Positions 23,796 to 38,150 of a stretch of 64,000 bases of DNA are shown in pieces. The notes below the pieces were generated by a model. It was not told the origin of the DNA, ran no database searches, and saw nothing but the letters and a program-made list of their open reading frames with translations. The stretch comes from Chrysomallon squamiferum (taxonomy: Eukaryota; Animalia; Mollusca), in NCBI GenBank assembly GCA_012295275.1, contig CM022670.1, positions 9,052,001-9,116,000 on the forward strand. The letters are read 5' to 3'. The position numbers and the translations under genes are program-made. The first letter of the stretch is position 1. Every line of letters begins with the position of its first letter.

Positions 23796-26044
23796 TGTAA
23801 ATTAAATAAATTATGCCTTGTAAAAGAATATGATGTGTTTTATCATATATATAGGAAAGTTCCTTTACAAGATCTGTTTTGTTATCTATTAATTCAGTTA
23901 ATAAAGTGACAACAGTGTCCTACCTAATCCATGTATAGCTAGCCCTTTTGCAAAACAAAATTCCATTTGTCTACTTTTTTTTTGTTTGCTTACTACTTAA
24001 TAGCATTTAAGTTAAGAATGCATTAAAATTTTATAAAAAAAAAAAAAAAAAAAAAAAATATTCATCCTTTCGTTCATTCATCCATTCACTAGAACACATT
24101 TTATTTTATTTTTTTTCACTAGCCTTCTTTATTCATCAACCCATACTTTTTTAACAGCTCATATAACCAATGTGAATATGAAAAAAAATAAAAAAAAGTA
24201 AATAAATAAATACTCCTTTTGCACCTTGAGAAACACTGGGAGGCTATTTTTGTTTTTATTTTTTACATTTATATTGTTTAAACAAGCCTACTTCCTTAAA
24301 ATGTGACAATAAAGTGATTTTATCTTTAAAGGATTTATAATATTCTTGCCACTCTCTTGTATTTTTCACTTTTGAGCTGTTTAATTATACATGTATATGA
24401 CTCATGATAATAGGTTGACTCACACAGCTAATACTGTCATTTAAATTTTCCTAGTTACTGTCTGCAGGGAAGCAAAAAACACGGCTGTTTGATATCTAAT
24501 CAATATTGGGTCTACATTATATGTCACCTTGTCATTCCCATGTGATGCAGCATGCTCTTACAACAATGTCAGGATGGACCGAATCAATAGCATTTGTTGC
24601 ATCATTTTTTATTTTGCATACTGTTATTCATTGTCTTTACACAACATCTTAACGTCCTGTCTGTTTGTTCCATTTAGATGTCACTGTCTGATTTAGATTC
24701 AGGCATTATTCTTGTGCATGTCTTCTTGAAGGATTTTGGGTCTTAGAATAAATGAGGACAGTTTATTGTGACCTTACTGAATTACTGAAACAAAAAACAT
24801 TAATAATTTGAAAAAAAAAAAAAAATATATATATATTATTATTGTTATCATCATTGTTTTTATTATTATTCAAAAAGAAAATCCAAATTTTTTTAATACA
24901 TTAACATTTTTTCAATTAGAATGACTGAATGCAATTGTGATTAAAATCTAAAATTAAAAGTCTTAATTTAAAAGTCAAAAACCATAAATTAGGATTCTAA
25001 TGGTCATGAAAATGTTCTAAAAGTGAATTCAGAGAAAGCAAATACTTAAAAAGTATAACCTTAAAGCTGATTTATAAAGATCATAATATATTATGGCTTT
25101 TAGTTTAAAGAAACATGAAGATTTACTGTTTTCTTTCTTCTTTTCTTTTATTGAACGAAAAGACACACACAGTTGTTATAAAAAGTTATGAAGTTTTATT
25201 TATTTGTTATTTTTCTTCTTTAAAATAAATAAATAAATAAATGGAAAGATCAACAAAAAGAAACAACCTAAATTTAAATCTGTTACTTAGAACTTTCCTT
25301 CATAGAAGAGAAAAACAATTTATTTCACATACCACACCATTGAAGTTCAAAATTATTTTATCAATCACTTTGTTCCATAAACTGTTTCCTGTTTTTTATA
25401 ATTTTTGCTCATATTTCATGTTTCTTTTTTTTTTCACTTTGTAGTTCTTCTATTTCTTTTTTAACGAAATAGAAAAGCATTTTCATTCATATTTTGTTTT
25501 TATGTTTTTATCAAAGAAAATACAGCAACATATTAAAAGACCTGATTAATGTAGAAAAAACACACACAAAAAAAAGACCTTCTGTTCTAACCAGTTATGT
25601 TTTCAGATAACTTTTCCTTTGAGCCTTATATCCCTTACCACTTTTTGAAATTAATCTCTTTTTATTTACTCAACATGGCCCCCAAGGTTGTAATATCTTC
25701 TATTTGACTGATCATCAATAGTGATATTGATATTTTCTCTAACCTGTTGAATTCCATACTTCATACACTAGGAGATTTTATATGCACAGTTATTTACATA
25801 TATATGCGTGTATCCACACTTATTGATTTTTGTTCTGTTTTGTCCCATGGTTCAACATCTAAGTGACTCAAAGGACTTGAGTAATGAGGAACAATTAGTG
25901 ATACAACATTATTCAGCATATCGAATTGAGTAGAATCTGTTTGCCATTCTCAGAAATAGATTGATCAATGGTTTGAGGACACAGCCACCGGCTGACTCAC
26001 TGTTGCATGAACAGCTACAGTATTAGAGCTTCCAGACAGCTCTG

Positions 26045-26530
26045 TGTGTGTCGTCCATGGATTTCTGATAGCTGTGCTCTTTCATTCCACAGTGTATTTT
26101 AATATATGCCATGAAATGAGGTAGGTTTTTATTTTTTTGTTAATTATTCTGTAATTAGTGATGCTGCAATTAACTAGTTGCTGTTAACAAACACAGATGT
26201 TGCTTGTCATTCCTGAATTTCTGATAGCTATGTTTGTTTCCTCATCCTTGGGGGGTCTTGATGTATCTCATGAAGTGTGGTAGGCTTTATGGTTGATTAT
26301 TCAGTAATTAGTGTTGTTGCACTTAAATAGCTGTTGTTAATAACACTGATATTGTTTGTCATCCGTCAGTTTCTGATAGCTGTGTTGTTTTTATTTTTTC
26401 TTATCCTGGGAGTCTTGATATATCTCATAAAATGAGGTAGGCTTTTTGGTTAAGTATTCTTAGGCTTAATTATTTGTTAATTAGTGTTGTTGCAATTAAA
26501 TAAGTGTGTTTTTAATAACACGATACTGTT
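26045..26530. repeat. Degenerate tandem repeat, 3 x ~155 bp
   Basis: tttctgatagct at ~26062, ~26218, ~26370, each followed by atgaa..g.ggtagg and taattagtg.tg.tgca. Confidence 0.85.
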
Positions 26531-26856
26531 TAAATCTATCATTAACATATATTGTCTCAGTGTTACCTAACAGATATAATTATAAATGGTGTGTAATGCA
26601 ATATTGATACAGCATATTACTGCATTTTATTTTATGAATAAATGCAGTTGTTGTGAATAATATTTATCAGTTCAGTAGCTGCAATTGTACAACTTCATGT
26701 GCAGTAATTATTGAAACAGTTTAATGTGTCAGAGTTTGTATTGTATAGTTTAGAGTTTCATTAAAACCTCTAGGTAATTTAATACACAGCTAATAATTGT
26801 CAGTGACTGAAAATGCATGTAACTGTATCTTACAGAGTTTTTGTTTTTTATTGCAA

Positions 26857-26857
<1 letters not shown>

Positions 26858-26914
<57 letters not shown>
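26858..26914. repeat. (GT)n microsatellite
   Basis: Direct reading. Confidence 0.95.
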
Positions 26915-26916
<2 letters not shown>

Positions 26917-27824
26917 GTAATTGGTAGAAAATGTCAGAAAATAGCAATGTTTATCTAATAGATTAAGAACAAATGTACATTTTTTTAAATCTGTTATTTT
27001 TAAATTTCATTTCATTAGTATTCCATATCAATTTTTTTCATTAACATAATTATATTTTACCTAATTATTATTTGACCTTTCTGATATTCAACATATAATT
27101 ATGATGTATAGTATACAAATAACACTGAAATGAATAATTAAAACACAAATTCAGATTTTGCTACTACCTTGGAAACTATGATTCATAAAGTGCTGTAAAC
27201 CATTTAAAATTTAGACAAAATAAAATCTAATAACTCAGTTTAGATGAAAACAACACTGTGACATACAGCTGAAGGTAACAGCTTTCATAACATGCCATCA
27301 TTTTTTAATCTATTTATAGATAATTTATAGTATATTGAAATTTTTATTTTTTTAATTTTTTTTTAATTTTTTTTTTAATTTTTTTTTGTTATTATTATTA
27401 TTATTATTATTATGATTATTATTATTATTATTATTTTTTTTTTTTTTTTTTTTTTTTTTTGTAACTTGTAAATAATCAATAAGTGAGTTTTCGGGCCAGT
27501 GTGTTTTATGTTTGTTGTTAGATGGAATTATGTATTTGTCTTTTTAATCTACAGTATTTCATCATTCATTCTCACAGCAAAAATAATCAGTTATTTAAAT
27601 TGATGTTTTTGACAAGCTTGACCATTTTAATTTTTCTTTGCATTTTATTAATATATTGTTTGATATAGCATCTAAAGAGTAATTATTTGAAGGATAATAT
27701 TTTTTAAAGGTATAAAAAACAATAAAATTAGTAATTTGGTACAATAGTAAAAATGATGATAATGATTATGATAATAATAATAACAACAAAAACAACAACA
27801 GTTCTATTCTCCGCAAAAAAACCC

Positions 27825-27950
27825 AACCCACATGATATATGCTGTCCTGTCTGTGAAATGGTGCTTATTAAAGATTTATTGTTGTAATTGGTTAAGAGGA
27901 GAGTCTACTGTGGGGATGGGTTTCCTTTGTTATCTATGTGGACCTTTAAT
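27825..27950 (+). mobile_element. SINE core/3' fragment
   Basis: tatatgctgtcctgtctgtgaaatggtgcttattaaagat...gggtttcct...tatgtggaccttta. Confidence 0.55.
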
Positions 27951-28337
27951 ATATAATATATAAAGTTTAATATATAGCTAGAAGAAAATAAACCAGAGAA
28001 TATAATACTTTTTTACAAATGGCCTTATGGTTAAATTACAAATCAATTATAATTAGCAGTTTATTTAAGTTCAGTGGTTATTCATTGCTTTTGTCAGTAT
28101 TTTAATTGCTTTCAGTTTTTGTTATTTCTATTTATTCCTTGTTATTGTTTTATTTGTGTATTTTTTTAATTGTTTTTGTTTTAACCTTCCCCCTCCCATA
28201 TACTTTACAGATCTATAAATAAGTAACAGATTTTCATGACGTGCCAATGTGAATAGGTTTTATGTTTTACTTAAATACCTGTAAATATAGAAACTGTTCC
28301 AGTATTAAAAAAAAAAAAAATTAAATATTATTAATTA

Positions 28338-28386
<49 letters not shown>

Positions 28387-29229
28387 TTATTATTATTATT
28401 ATTTAAAAAAATATAAAAAATGTTAGTGGACATAGCTCTAATTGTAAGCTGAATATATCTAAATTTTTAACATCCTGAGATTCTAATATATCAAGGGTTG
28501 TATTTTTTCTTTCTTTCTTTCTTTCTTTCTATTTTCTATTTTTATTTTATTTTATTTTTTTATTTTGTATCTTATATTAATTTTTAAAATGTGTGCATGC
28601 ACGAATAAGTGCATTGCATTGTGTATGTGTCTTTGTGTGTGTGTGTGTGTGTGTGTGTGAAATATTACTGTAAAATAAATATTGTAGTTAAACTGATTTA
28701 AACTATATAAATATTGGATTCTCTGAGTTATATTTTTTTTTGCTTCTTGGAATTTGAATCAAAATGCTTTCCAGAATATTTTTATTGTTCAGTCAATAAT
28801 TCAGAACTACTGTCCGTTTCCTCCGAGTTCCTATTCCAGGAGTTGTGTCCCTTGAGTAAATTATTGGCTTCAGCATGCATGTTTTAACTGAATGTTACTC
28901 TATTAATAACAATAGACATTGATTAAGTTATCACCTTAATATAGATGTATTTCAATAGCAGTTATTAATATTTTGTTCAGCTGCCAATATAAAATACTGA
29001 ATTGTTTTCAGTGTTTTGTAATCATTAATTTATGGTTAACATTTGCTTTTGGAAATTCCACAATTACACAATTATGGTTTGAACTTTTATTGGCATGCAG
29101 ACAATTACAAAAATCAGGAAGTGTCAAAGGTATAATTTTTCAAAATATGTCAGATTAGTAAATTTCCTTTCATGATGTTTTTTTTTTTTTTTTTTTTTTT
29201 ATTTTGTTTTTTTTCATTTAACTTTAAAT

Positions 29230-29230
<1 letters not shown>

Positions 29231-29298
<68 letters not shown>
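29231..29298. repeat. (ATT)n microsatellite
   Basis: Direct reading. Confidence 0.95.
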
Positions 29299-29299
<1 letters not shown>

Positions 29300-29691
29300 C
29301 ATCATGATCCTCAGTTATTTATTTTATCAGGCAGCCTTTATTTTAACTCTAGTATGCATCCAAAATTAAAAGCAAGAATTTTGTGAAAAATGCCCTGATA
29401 TAATTGGTAGTATATAAAATATGCATGAGTCTGTCTGATCTTTAGTGGGGGTCAGGACAAATCTATTGATTCATTTCCGTCCATGTTATTAGATTGCCGG
29501 ACACATAAATAACAATTTATGTATCACTATCAGTTATTTCACAGACTTTTGTCTTTTGAAATTATATATTAATATGTTATAATGCAGGACATGTCTTGTG
29601 GCCATTTCACAAAATAGATCAGGCTGTACTGATTATGAAAATATAATGTGGATATATGTATGTGCTGTGTATGGATTTGTTTATCTGTCTC

Positions 29692-29695
<4 letters not shown>

Positions 29696-29755
<60 letters not shown>
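29696..29755. repeat. (GT)n microsatellite
   Basis: Direct reading. Confidence 0.95.
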
Positions 29756-29758
<3 letters not shown>

Positions 29759-29839
29759 TTGATGCCATGTTCACAGTGGGAATATAATTATTTATTAACA
29801 GATAATAAAATGTCTAAAATATTTTTCTTGATGACTATG

Positions 29840-30050
29840 AGGTAAGAAAACCACTGAATGCACTCTAATTTTTTATTTTTTTATTTTTTTCATCAGCAAC
29901 AACAGAACTTTTATAAGAACCTTCCTTAAGTTAGAAAAGCACATGTCTTGAACTTTGATAACCATTATGTGGAGAATTATCTGAAGCAGGAAAGAGTCTA
30001 AAGGGCACACCGTGAGAGATTAATATTACAGTCTATCATATCAGTACAAC
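29840..30050 (-). mobile_element. Decayed SINE fragment
   Basis: agcaacaacagaactttttata...agcacatg...tttgataacca resembles the reverse complement of the core. Confidence 0.4.
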
Positions 30051-32077
30051 CATTTTTTTGGAATGATTAATTGGGTCAGTCATAATACATTCCCATGTTT
30101 ATCACTGATCTGTCAAACTTTTCATTAGACATTTTAAATTTATTTATTTATTTATTTTTAAAAAAAGGCTGCAATTCATCATAACCATTGTATGCCTGTC
30201 ATCTGTTTCTAAGTATAATTAATAGATACAGTAAATCAAGATTTTATTTCTTACTAGATAATGAAATTAACCATTTATACCAGATAGGACTGGTGTTTGA
30301 TTAATACAGGTAACAAGACTTAGTTACACTGATTATTAAAAACAAAAAAATAAACATTTATTTTGTCACACTAAAGAAGAAAAAAAACAACAACATAGTG
30401 TGGATAAAATTTAAAACTATACCTTTGGAATATAATCTCTTTTCTTTCTTTAAAATACAAACAAATTGTCATTTACATACATTAAAACATCTAAATAAAT
30501 CTGTTATTAATCTATATCTCCTCAGTTTTCAGTCTACTATTGTGTTATAATGAAGTATCATTAAATGTGCATCCATCAGTTTATTGTGTAAAAGATATGC
30601 ATGTCATCTATCTCTGTGTGAATAGTTCCACATATGACATGTGTACATTAGATATTAAGAAAACCTGTCTCCATGATATACCACATATATATTTCTCTCC
30701 ACTAAGAACAGTGACTTACTGATCAATATCAAATCAAAGGCAAGATTATATGACACATATATGCCAACAGTAAAGAATAATTTAATCAAATAAATTGAAA
30801 ATTGCAATCAGAAATTATGCACCTGGTCAGGTAGAATATAATCACACATCACAAGTCTGATAGGAATATAGGTTCTTATCAGTTGGAAATATTCCAGTGT
30901 GGTGTTGGCACAAAATAAAAAAGATACACAAGTCTCAAGTTTTTGCCGGCCAGGTTGAGGTTTCCAGTGATCTTTCACATTTGTATTTGGATACATAGGT
31001 AGCACTTATCACAGCAGAAAATGTTAAGGTAATTTTCAACTTTATTACTTGCCATTCATGTGTGATGTAATCTCCTTATCTTTAGTTTTGAACATATTTT
31101 CAACATGTTGTTTATCTATATGTTTTCTCAAACAAATACAGTCTGACCAACCTGTTAGTAACTTAGTGAAAAATAAATATTACACAGGTTTTAAGCTGTG
31201 TTATTATCACTGGTTAGGTCCACAAACAGGATTTGAACTCAGCTGTTTCTGGTCTTTAGATAGATATATTATTATTCACAGAACATTGAATTTATATTCT
31301 GCTATAAGAATGAAAGCAGTGAGCTAAATGGTAAAGTTCAAAGCTAATATTAATCTTTCTTCGGGAAACAATTATGAAAATATAACCATATTTAATATTA
31401 GTTATAATTGTTCAAAATAGTCACTGTAATATGTTATATTTGCTATGCTGACGTTAATGAATAATTTTTGCTGTGTTCTCTTTATTTTGTACTATTTCGT
31501 TCATTATGATTTGTAACAGCTGTTTTTAAAATAAAATTTTAATTTATTGATCATTGATATGAAAATCTTCCTTACACTTACTACAGCAGAATTAAACATT
31601 TCATGTGACTAAATACATGTCATTTGACTGCATTCCTTTCTAATCAGGTTACATTCTTTACAACTGCTAATTTTACAACTGCTGCAGATAAACTTTCATT
31701 TTTGATTATTACCATCAGTTAAATAATTTCTCATGTTCTTTCTGACTAAATGCTGACTAAAAGTCAGATGTTTAATAAACTTGTCACACATCAAGAATGA
31801 AGAAAACATAATGACCAGTGATTTGTAATAACTCAGTTTATAGTGGTTTTATCCTGTAATTCATCTCAAGTGGAAATCATTGTTATCTTCCACTATTTCT
31901 GACAAGATGTAATGACCTTAATTTGAAAAAGTCGGTTTGCTGTTAATAAAAGAACAGTATTAGTGGCAGCAAAAAGGTAATGTTTTATTTCTCACTTTTT
32001 TAGCAACTAATTCTTTCAGAGGAGAACAGATATTAAAATAATATACTTTTTATATTTGTCATTTTGAACAAAAGATT

Positions 32078-32245
32078 ATAGCTCATGGGTAGTATGTTAG
32101 CCAGAGATATAAAAAGACTGCAGTTTGAGTCTTCTTCATTCACTCATTGGGATATTTCCGGTTCCAGTAAGTACTGTAATACCATGGTTACATATAAAAG
32201 ATTCCTTGCTGTTTTTATTGGTTGAATATAGAGTGGCATAGAAAC
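32078..32245 (+). mobile_element. Decayed SINE fragment
   Basis: tagctcatgggtag head; cattgggatatttccggttccagt; catataaaagattccttgctg. Confidence 0.55.
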
Positions 32246-32912
32246 ACAAATTTTTCTCTTTCAGGTATAAAAAACATACATATCACTGTATTATTCATTC
32301 TCAGAGATTTTCTTTAATCCTGAAAGGATTTACATAATTTATTACAGTCTTTGCTTATTTGAATAATGCTCTTTAAAAAACGTTATCTCTCATAGGAACT
32401 TAATAGTGCTTTATAATTATCTGTTATAATTTGTGTTACTGCCCATTCTTATCATGTCACTCAGAGTAACATTTGCATATATCTAACATCACAGATACCC
32501 ATATGTATTCAGAATACAATTACACACACTGGTTAAGGAGAGCATGATAAAAAGGCATTCTCACTCTGTCTCCAACATTTCTCATGCAGTTAAATTTATT
32601 TTTAACAACAAGACATATATGTGATTTGTCTTATTATTAGAGAACCTTCTTACTGTGAACGTAGAAAAAAAATAATGTATTTTAAACAGTGTCCTAGTTT
32701 ACTATACTATAATGTTTTTGTTACTGTTATTATCATCAGGAAGCAATAAGAATTGTTTTACAAAATGTTTCTTTCTCACTTAAGAACTCATCAGGTATTC
32801 AAAGACTGTGAATTTGACAGATGCTTTCCACAAGACAACCTGACACATCGGCAAAACACTGATCATTCTGTATTAATTATTCTTACAGTAAGACAGGATG
32901 TCTAACCAAAAT

Positions 32913-32917
<5 letters not shown>

Positions 32918-32993
<76 letters not shown>
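32918..32993. repeat. (CT)n microsatellite
   Basis: Direct reading. Confidence 0.95.
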
Positions 32994-32997
<4 letters not shown>

Positions 32998-33601
32998 TGC
33001 CTTTAAAATACTCCTATGTAGTGTAAAATACATGTCTGCAGATGTAATTTTGTGTTTCTTAAGAAAAAAAATGATATTAGTTACAGATTCTGAGTCAAGT
33101 AAACATTTGTAAGCTCTTCTGCCAACTTTAGAAATATATTTAAATATTTTTAATTAACAAAGGTTAAACACGAATGTTGGATGCTGTTTTCAAAATCAAC
33201 AGTTGTAAAAACAAGTTAAACAGGCTATCAGATTATATTAACCCTTAGCTGGCTAAAATAAGCAGAAAATAAAATTGTGATACCAAACTTTTAAAAACAA
33301 GTTTATTCAGAATCTGTTTTTCTTTTTCTTATTAGTTTTTTCTTTTTCTTTTTTTCTTTTTTTATATTATTTGTAAATACATGCATCTTTACTCTGTATT
33401 AAACTAAGAATAAACTTCAAGAATACCTTAATGTCATTCAGCACACAAAGAGTTAATGAAAACATTTCCACAAATTGTCGTTTTTCTTCCTAACTCTACT
33501 CTTCTTTTGTAACATACATTCTTTAGAATAGAAAAACACACGTTTATAAAAATACAGTTCCTTGATGATTTTTTTCCATATATTCTGTTCGTCTACCCTT
33601 C

Positions 33602-33636
<35 letters not shown>

Positions 33637-34944
33637 TTAACATGAAAGAACTCTGCATTTGTAAGGTTAATGGGATGAAGATTAAGAGGATAGAATGATA
33701 CAAGCACAGCTGTCTTAATGACATATAACACGAAATTGCTGCTAACACAGAGATTGACAGTTTCTCATTTTAAATATGTAAATAAGCTAAAATGCAGAAG
33801 TAACCTCCAGAGGAACATAACTGTTTTTATTCTCTGCTAGAAGTTTGGAACTTTGGAGGCTGAAACCAGGATTGCAGACATGAATTTGAGGAAACTATTC
33901 AAGCGGTAAGCTGTAATCTGAACTGATGTAGGCGTGTGAACATTGGATGTGCATGTAACACTTTAGCTGTGTTATAAATGTTAGGTTAGCATTTTCATAG
34001 AGAAGTGATTTGAAACATGTAGTTTCTAAGATAGCTAATCAGGAATAATGTGCTTACAGACTGAAAACAAGTAAATAAATTGTTCATATAATATCTGGAT
34101 AAATACATACATACATTCATAAATACATACATCCATTCATAAACACATAAAAACTGCATACACACACATGTATATGTACATACTTGCATGCATGCCATAC
34201 ATGCACATACATTTGGTCAAAATATTTTTAGAAACATTTGCTATGGTTATATGGGGTTTCTAGTAGATGTATATTCTATTTTATTTATTTATTTCATTAT
34301 TATTATTTTGTGTGTATGTATGCTTTATAAATGCTATTTCTAAATAATTATGACTATCTGCTGATGGTGTAGTAAAATTCACATGTATGCTAAAACTACA
34401 TGTGCTGTTTGATAATGTTTTGGTCAGCATATTAAAGCATGGTAGCTGGGTAACAACATTTCATTCTCTGGTGACTAATCTACCCTGACTTTTATCTTTT
34501 TGGATTTAGACTTAGGAAATAAAGCCACCATTGATCTTTTATTATTATTGGAAACACTTTATCTCGTAAATGCATGTATTTGTGGATGTCATAAATTACA
34601 AGTTGGAAACAAGTGTAAATACAAATTAATACCTAGGATATTTTTTTTTTTTTTTTTTTTTTTTAATTAATTTTATTATTATTATTTTACTAAATACATA
34701 ATTATTAATTTGTGATTTAAGAAAAGATCATTTATTATATAATTATATTTAATTATCTTGGGACACTATTTGTATTTGGTTTGAATTCATTCTTTTTTCT
34801 ATGTGACATTTTCCACAAATATCATTACATCTATTATCTAGCAGTAATTTTCATTATTTAACTGAATACCTTTCACACATTTTAGTTCATTCATTCATTC
34901 ATTCATCCATCAAACCATTTGTGCTTAACCTTCACATTTTATGA

Positions 34945-35095
34945 GTGTGGGCTGTAGACTCATTATGGATGGCTAGTCTGTGACATGGTAGAGCAAAGGA
35001 TCAGTTCTCTTCAGAGTTCATATTAGACTGTATCCTGTTCTAGCTAATGCCCGACACTGGTTTTCCTATCTGTGTGAAGATGTTTATAAATAATA
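34945..35095 (+). mobile_element. Decayed SINE fragment
   Basis: aggatc...tcctgttctagctaatgcccgacactgg...tcctatctgtgtgaagatgtttataaa. Confidence 0.4.
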
Positions 35096-36469
35096 TATTA
35101 GTCAGAAGTGGTTTAATTCCCTTTGTTTCATAATGCAGGCCATATGAATATATGTGTGTGTATATGTGTATGCCTTCTTTTTAATATTACACAATATACA
35201 AGAATAAATGTTTCAAGATACTATCAGTATTTAGAAATATCCCCTTTTTCATAATTTCTCACAATGTGATTAAAAAGCTATAAATAATACAGCTTTTAGA
35301 ACAAGCAACACTCACACATACAAACCCAGTGATTTTTTCAAATGGTTTTAAAAATTACATTTATCAAAAACATCTTTTTTCAATATCCACCATCTGCTCC
35401 ACTGATAATGACATGTGCCTATGCAGATAGGGGACAATGGAAAGTATGAGCACACTTGCCTCAGATGTGACGTGTTATTATAAAGTGACAGCATGCAGAC
35501 TCACTTCACGGAGAAGATCAATATTCTTTCTAGCCTGCTCTGATCAGCATATTCTATTAAAATCAGCTCCTAATCATCACAGTCAGAGTGAGGCTCACGT
35601 ATAGAAGATGGACGGGTATGTTTCTTCAGTAAAGCCGAGGTATTATAATGCTTTCTCCTTTCTTTCATTTTATTTAAATCTGTCTTCTTTGATTTTGTTC
35701 ACTGATACATCAGTTAGCTTCTGTCTGTTCTAGTAGATAATTATTAATGTGTGACATGATGGCTGCACGTGTTTCAAAATCATGTCTGTTGTCTGGTGAG
35801 AGCTATGGATTCCTCTCCGATTCCATTGTTCCTGGGTATTGATGTTTCAGGTCTTTTGCAAAACATCCCAACTGTTGTGTGAATAATAATGAAAGGTGAA
35901 GAATTACAAACATTTTCATTTTTTATTGGTATACGTTACAGTCATGTTATGACAAATTTTTAAAAGAAATAATTTTTGTTTGTGAAACCCGTCTGATTAC
36001 TATTTTATTTCCATAGATAATTGTGTTCTCTTTGTTTTGGTTAATTTTTAAAGTTAAAACTAATAATAAATAAATAAATTAATTTAATTTAATAAAATTA
36101 TAATAAAATGAATACATAAATATTCTTAAATATGTATTACTTGTTTTAATTTTTTGTTTGTTTGTTTAAAAGTTTGTAATATATGAGCGTTGTCCTGGTT
36201 ACAGTTCTTTTGATTCATATGTATGTATGTGTTTGTGTGTAATTATAACCCATTATATTTATTCAGTATACATTAACTCACTTTGTTAATTTTATTTGTA
36301 ACTGTATATTAAATTGTCAGATGAATCTTAACCACACATGCATGTTTAATAAGATTTATCCTGAAATAAAAAATATCAATAATAATTTAAAAATACATCT
36401 TTCAAATACAATCACCTTTGTTGCCCTTTGAAGGGCATCTAACAATACATTGTATTATTTAGTTTAACT

Positions 36470-36551
36470 CTATATAACAACCACCTGTCTATGTCAACCA
36501 ACCATGTTTGCCCAGTTCCTTGAATGACTGTCACATACTGGTTCCACTGTA
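36470..36551. mobile_element. Right terminus remnant of a Tc1/mariner(pogo)-type non-autonomous DNA transposon
   Basis: acaaccacctgtctat...cccagttccttgaatg...ggttccactg|TA: CAGTGGAACC-type TIR followed by TA; no partner TIR seen nearby. Confidence 0.4.
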
Positions 36552-38019
36552 TTTTGTCTTACATGGAAATATATATCATCCAAATCTTAAATATCTTATG
36601 CAGTTTAAATATTCCTGTGCATAATAATAAGAGTTATTGCTTAGCGACAGTGCATTCATTAAAAACAGTCCACATCATTATTCTGTTTCACTGAATTCAT
36701 AACCAGATGTTATGAAACCGTGAAGTAGAAACTTCCCTTTCTTTGTCAGTAGTAAAGTGCTAGAAGCAATATACTGATGGGCAGTGCTGGTATAATACAC
36801 TAAACAAGTTTAATATTAATTATATGTGACATGTGTACACCACCTGCAGACAAATAATATTATCGTTTTTTCTTTTGTCCTGTTACACCTGAAAATATAT
36901 TTGTAATTTAATGTGAGATACAACAAAGTTTTTGCTTGTGTTAGAATGTTATTGTTTTTGAAAGTGAATTAATTAATATTTTAATGCATTTAGATATTAA
37001 TTATCACCATATGTTTGTTTTTATTTTTATTTAGTTGTTTAGTTTTGTATTTAATGTTTACATGAGATACCTAACCTGCTGCAGCTTTTCTCAGTGCTTA
37101 GCAACATGTAATCTTTTATATGTTCCTTCCCAGAGACAGGAACAGAAATATCAAAGACTTTGATAAACCTGATAAGTTCAGAACAGGAAAACAATTATCA
37201 AGGGCTTGGGGAATGAATGATTGTGCAGTCCATCATATGTTAGATCAGTTCTATAACCAAAACTACATTAAAATATGTCAAACATATTTCAAATATTTTA
37301 TGACACAAAGTCAATCTTATTATTATTTACCGCATTCCATAAATAGTGAGGATACACAAATTGTTTAATAATCACCATAATTGTGGGAAATAGCTTGTTT
37401 AGATTAAATTATGAAAAGGTCAGTGGGTCATTTATTAGTGATTCACTGTTTCCCAGTTTCTTATTCCCAAATACTGATATGCTGAGTTAGTATCTTAACT
37501 GATAAACTTCCTAACACCAGTGATACTTCAGTTGTTTTTTCATTGTTCTGATTAAATGATTCACTGTTTTCATATTGCTGGCTATACAGTTATCACGATG
37601 GTTCAAGTTATCTAATTTAATACTAGACCTTTGAGGCTTTTTTTCTGTGGAAATTAATTTAATTGAAAGGCCCAAGAGAGCATGTTTGAGCCATAAATAG
37701 TTGTTAACATTAACTCGGGGATATACTGCAATGCTTCTGCTTGGTCATACTCAATAAATTAAAGAGGTACAAGATAATATTTTGATTGTGAATTATTCCA
37801 CAGATCAAATCTAGCACTGTTTAAACACTGTGCCCATAAATTCTTCCATTTTAATAGGAGTGTTATCAGTGGATGTATAAACGAATATCAGTTTAATAAG
37901 AACACTAAATATATATGCATTAAATATTGATTTTGCATAATGAATAAATGAATTGAAATAACTCATGCATCTACTCTTATCAGTTAGCAGCTAAATACAT
38001 TTTATATTCAACTTCCACT

Positions 38020-38150
38020 AGAAAGGAAAATGGTCATTATTAAAACAGTTGTGCAGCAATGGTTGAAATTGGCAGTAGTTTAAAGACTACAACACAGTGA
38101 AATGATCCTGTGATCTGTCACTGCACAGTCAAGTACTCAGCTACACAAGC
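38020..38150 (-). mobile_element. Decayed SINE 5' fragment
   Basis: cagttgtgcagcaatggttg...gatcctgtgatc...cagctac resembles the reverse complement of head + core. Confidence 0.35.
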
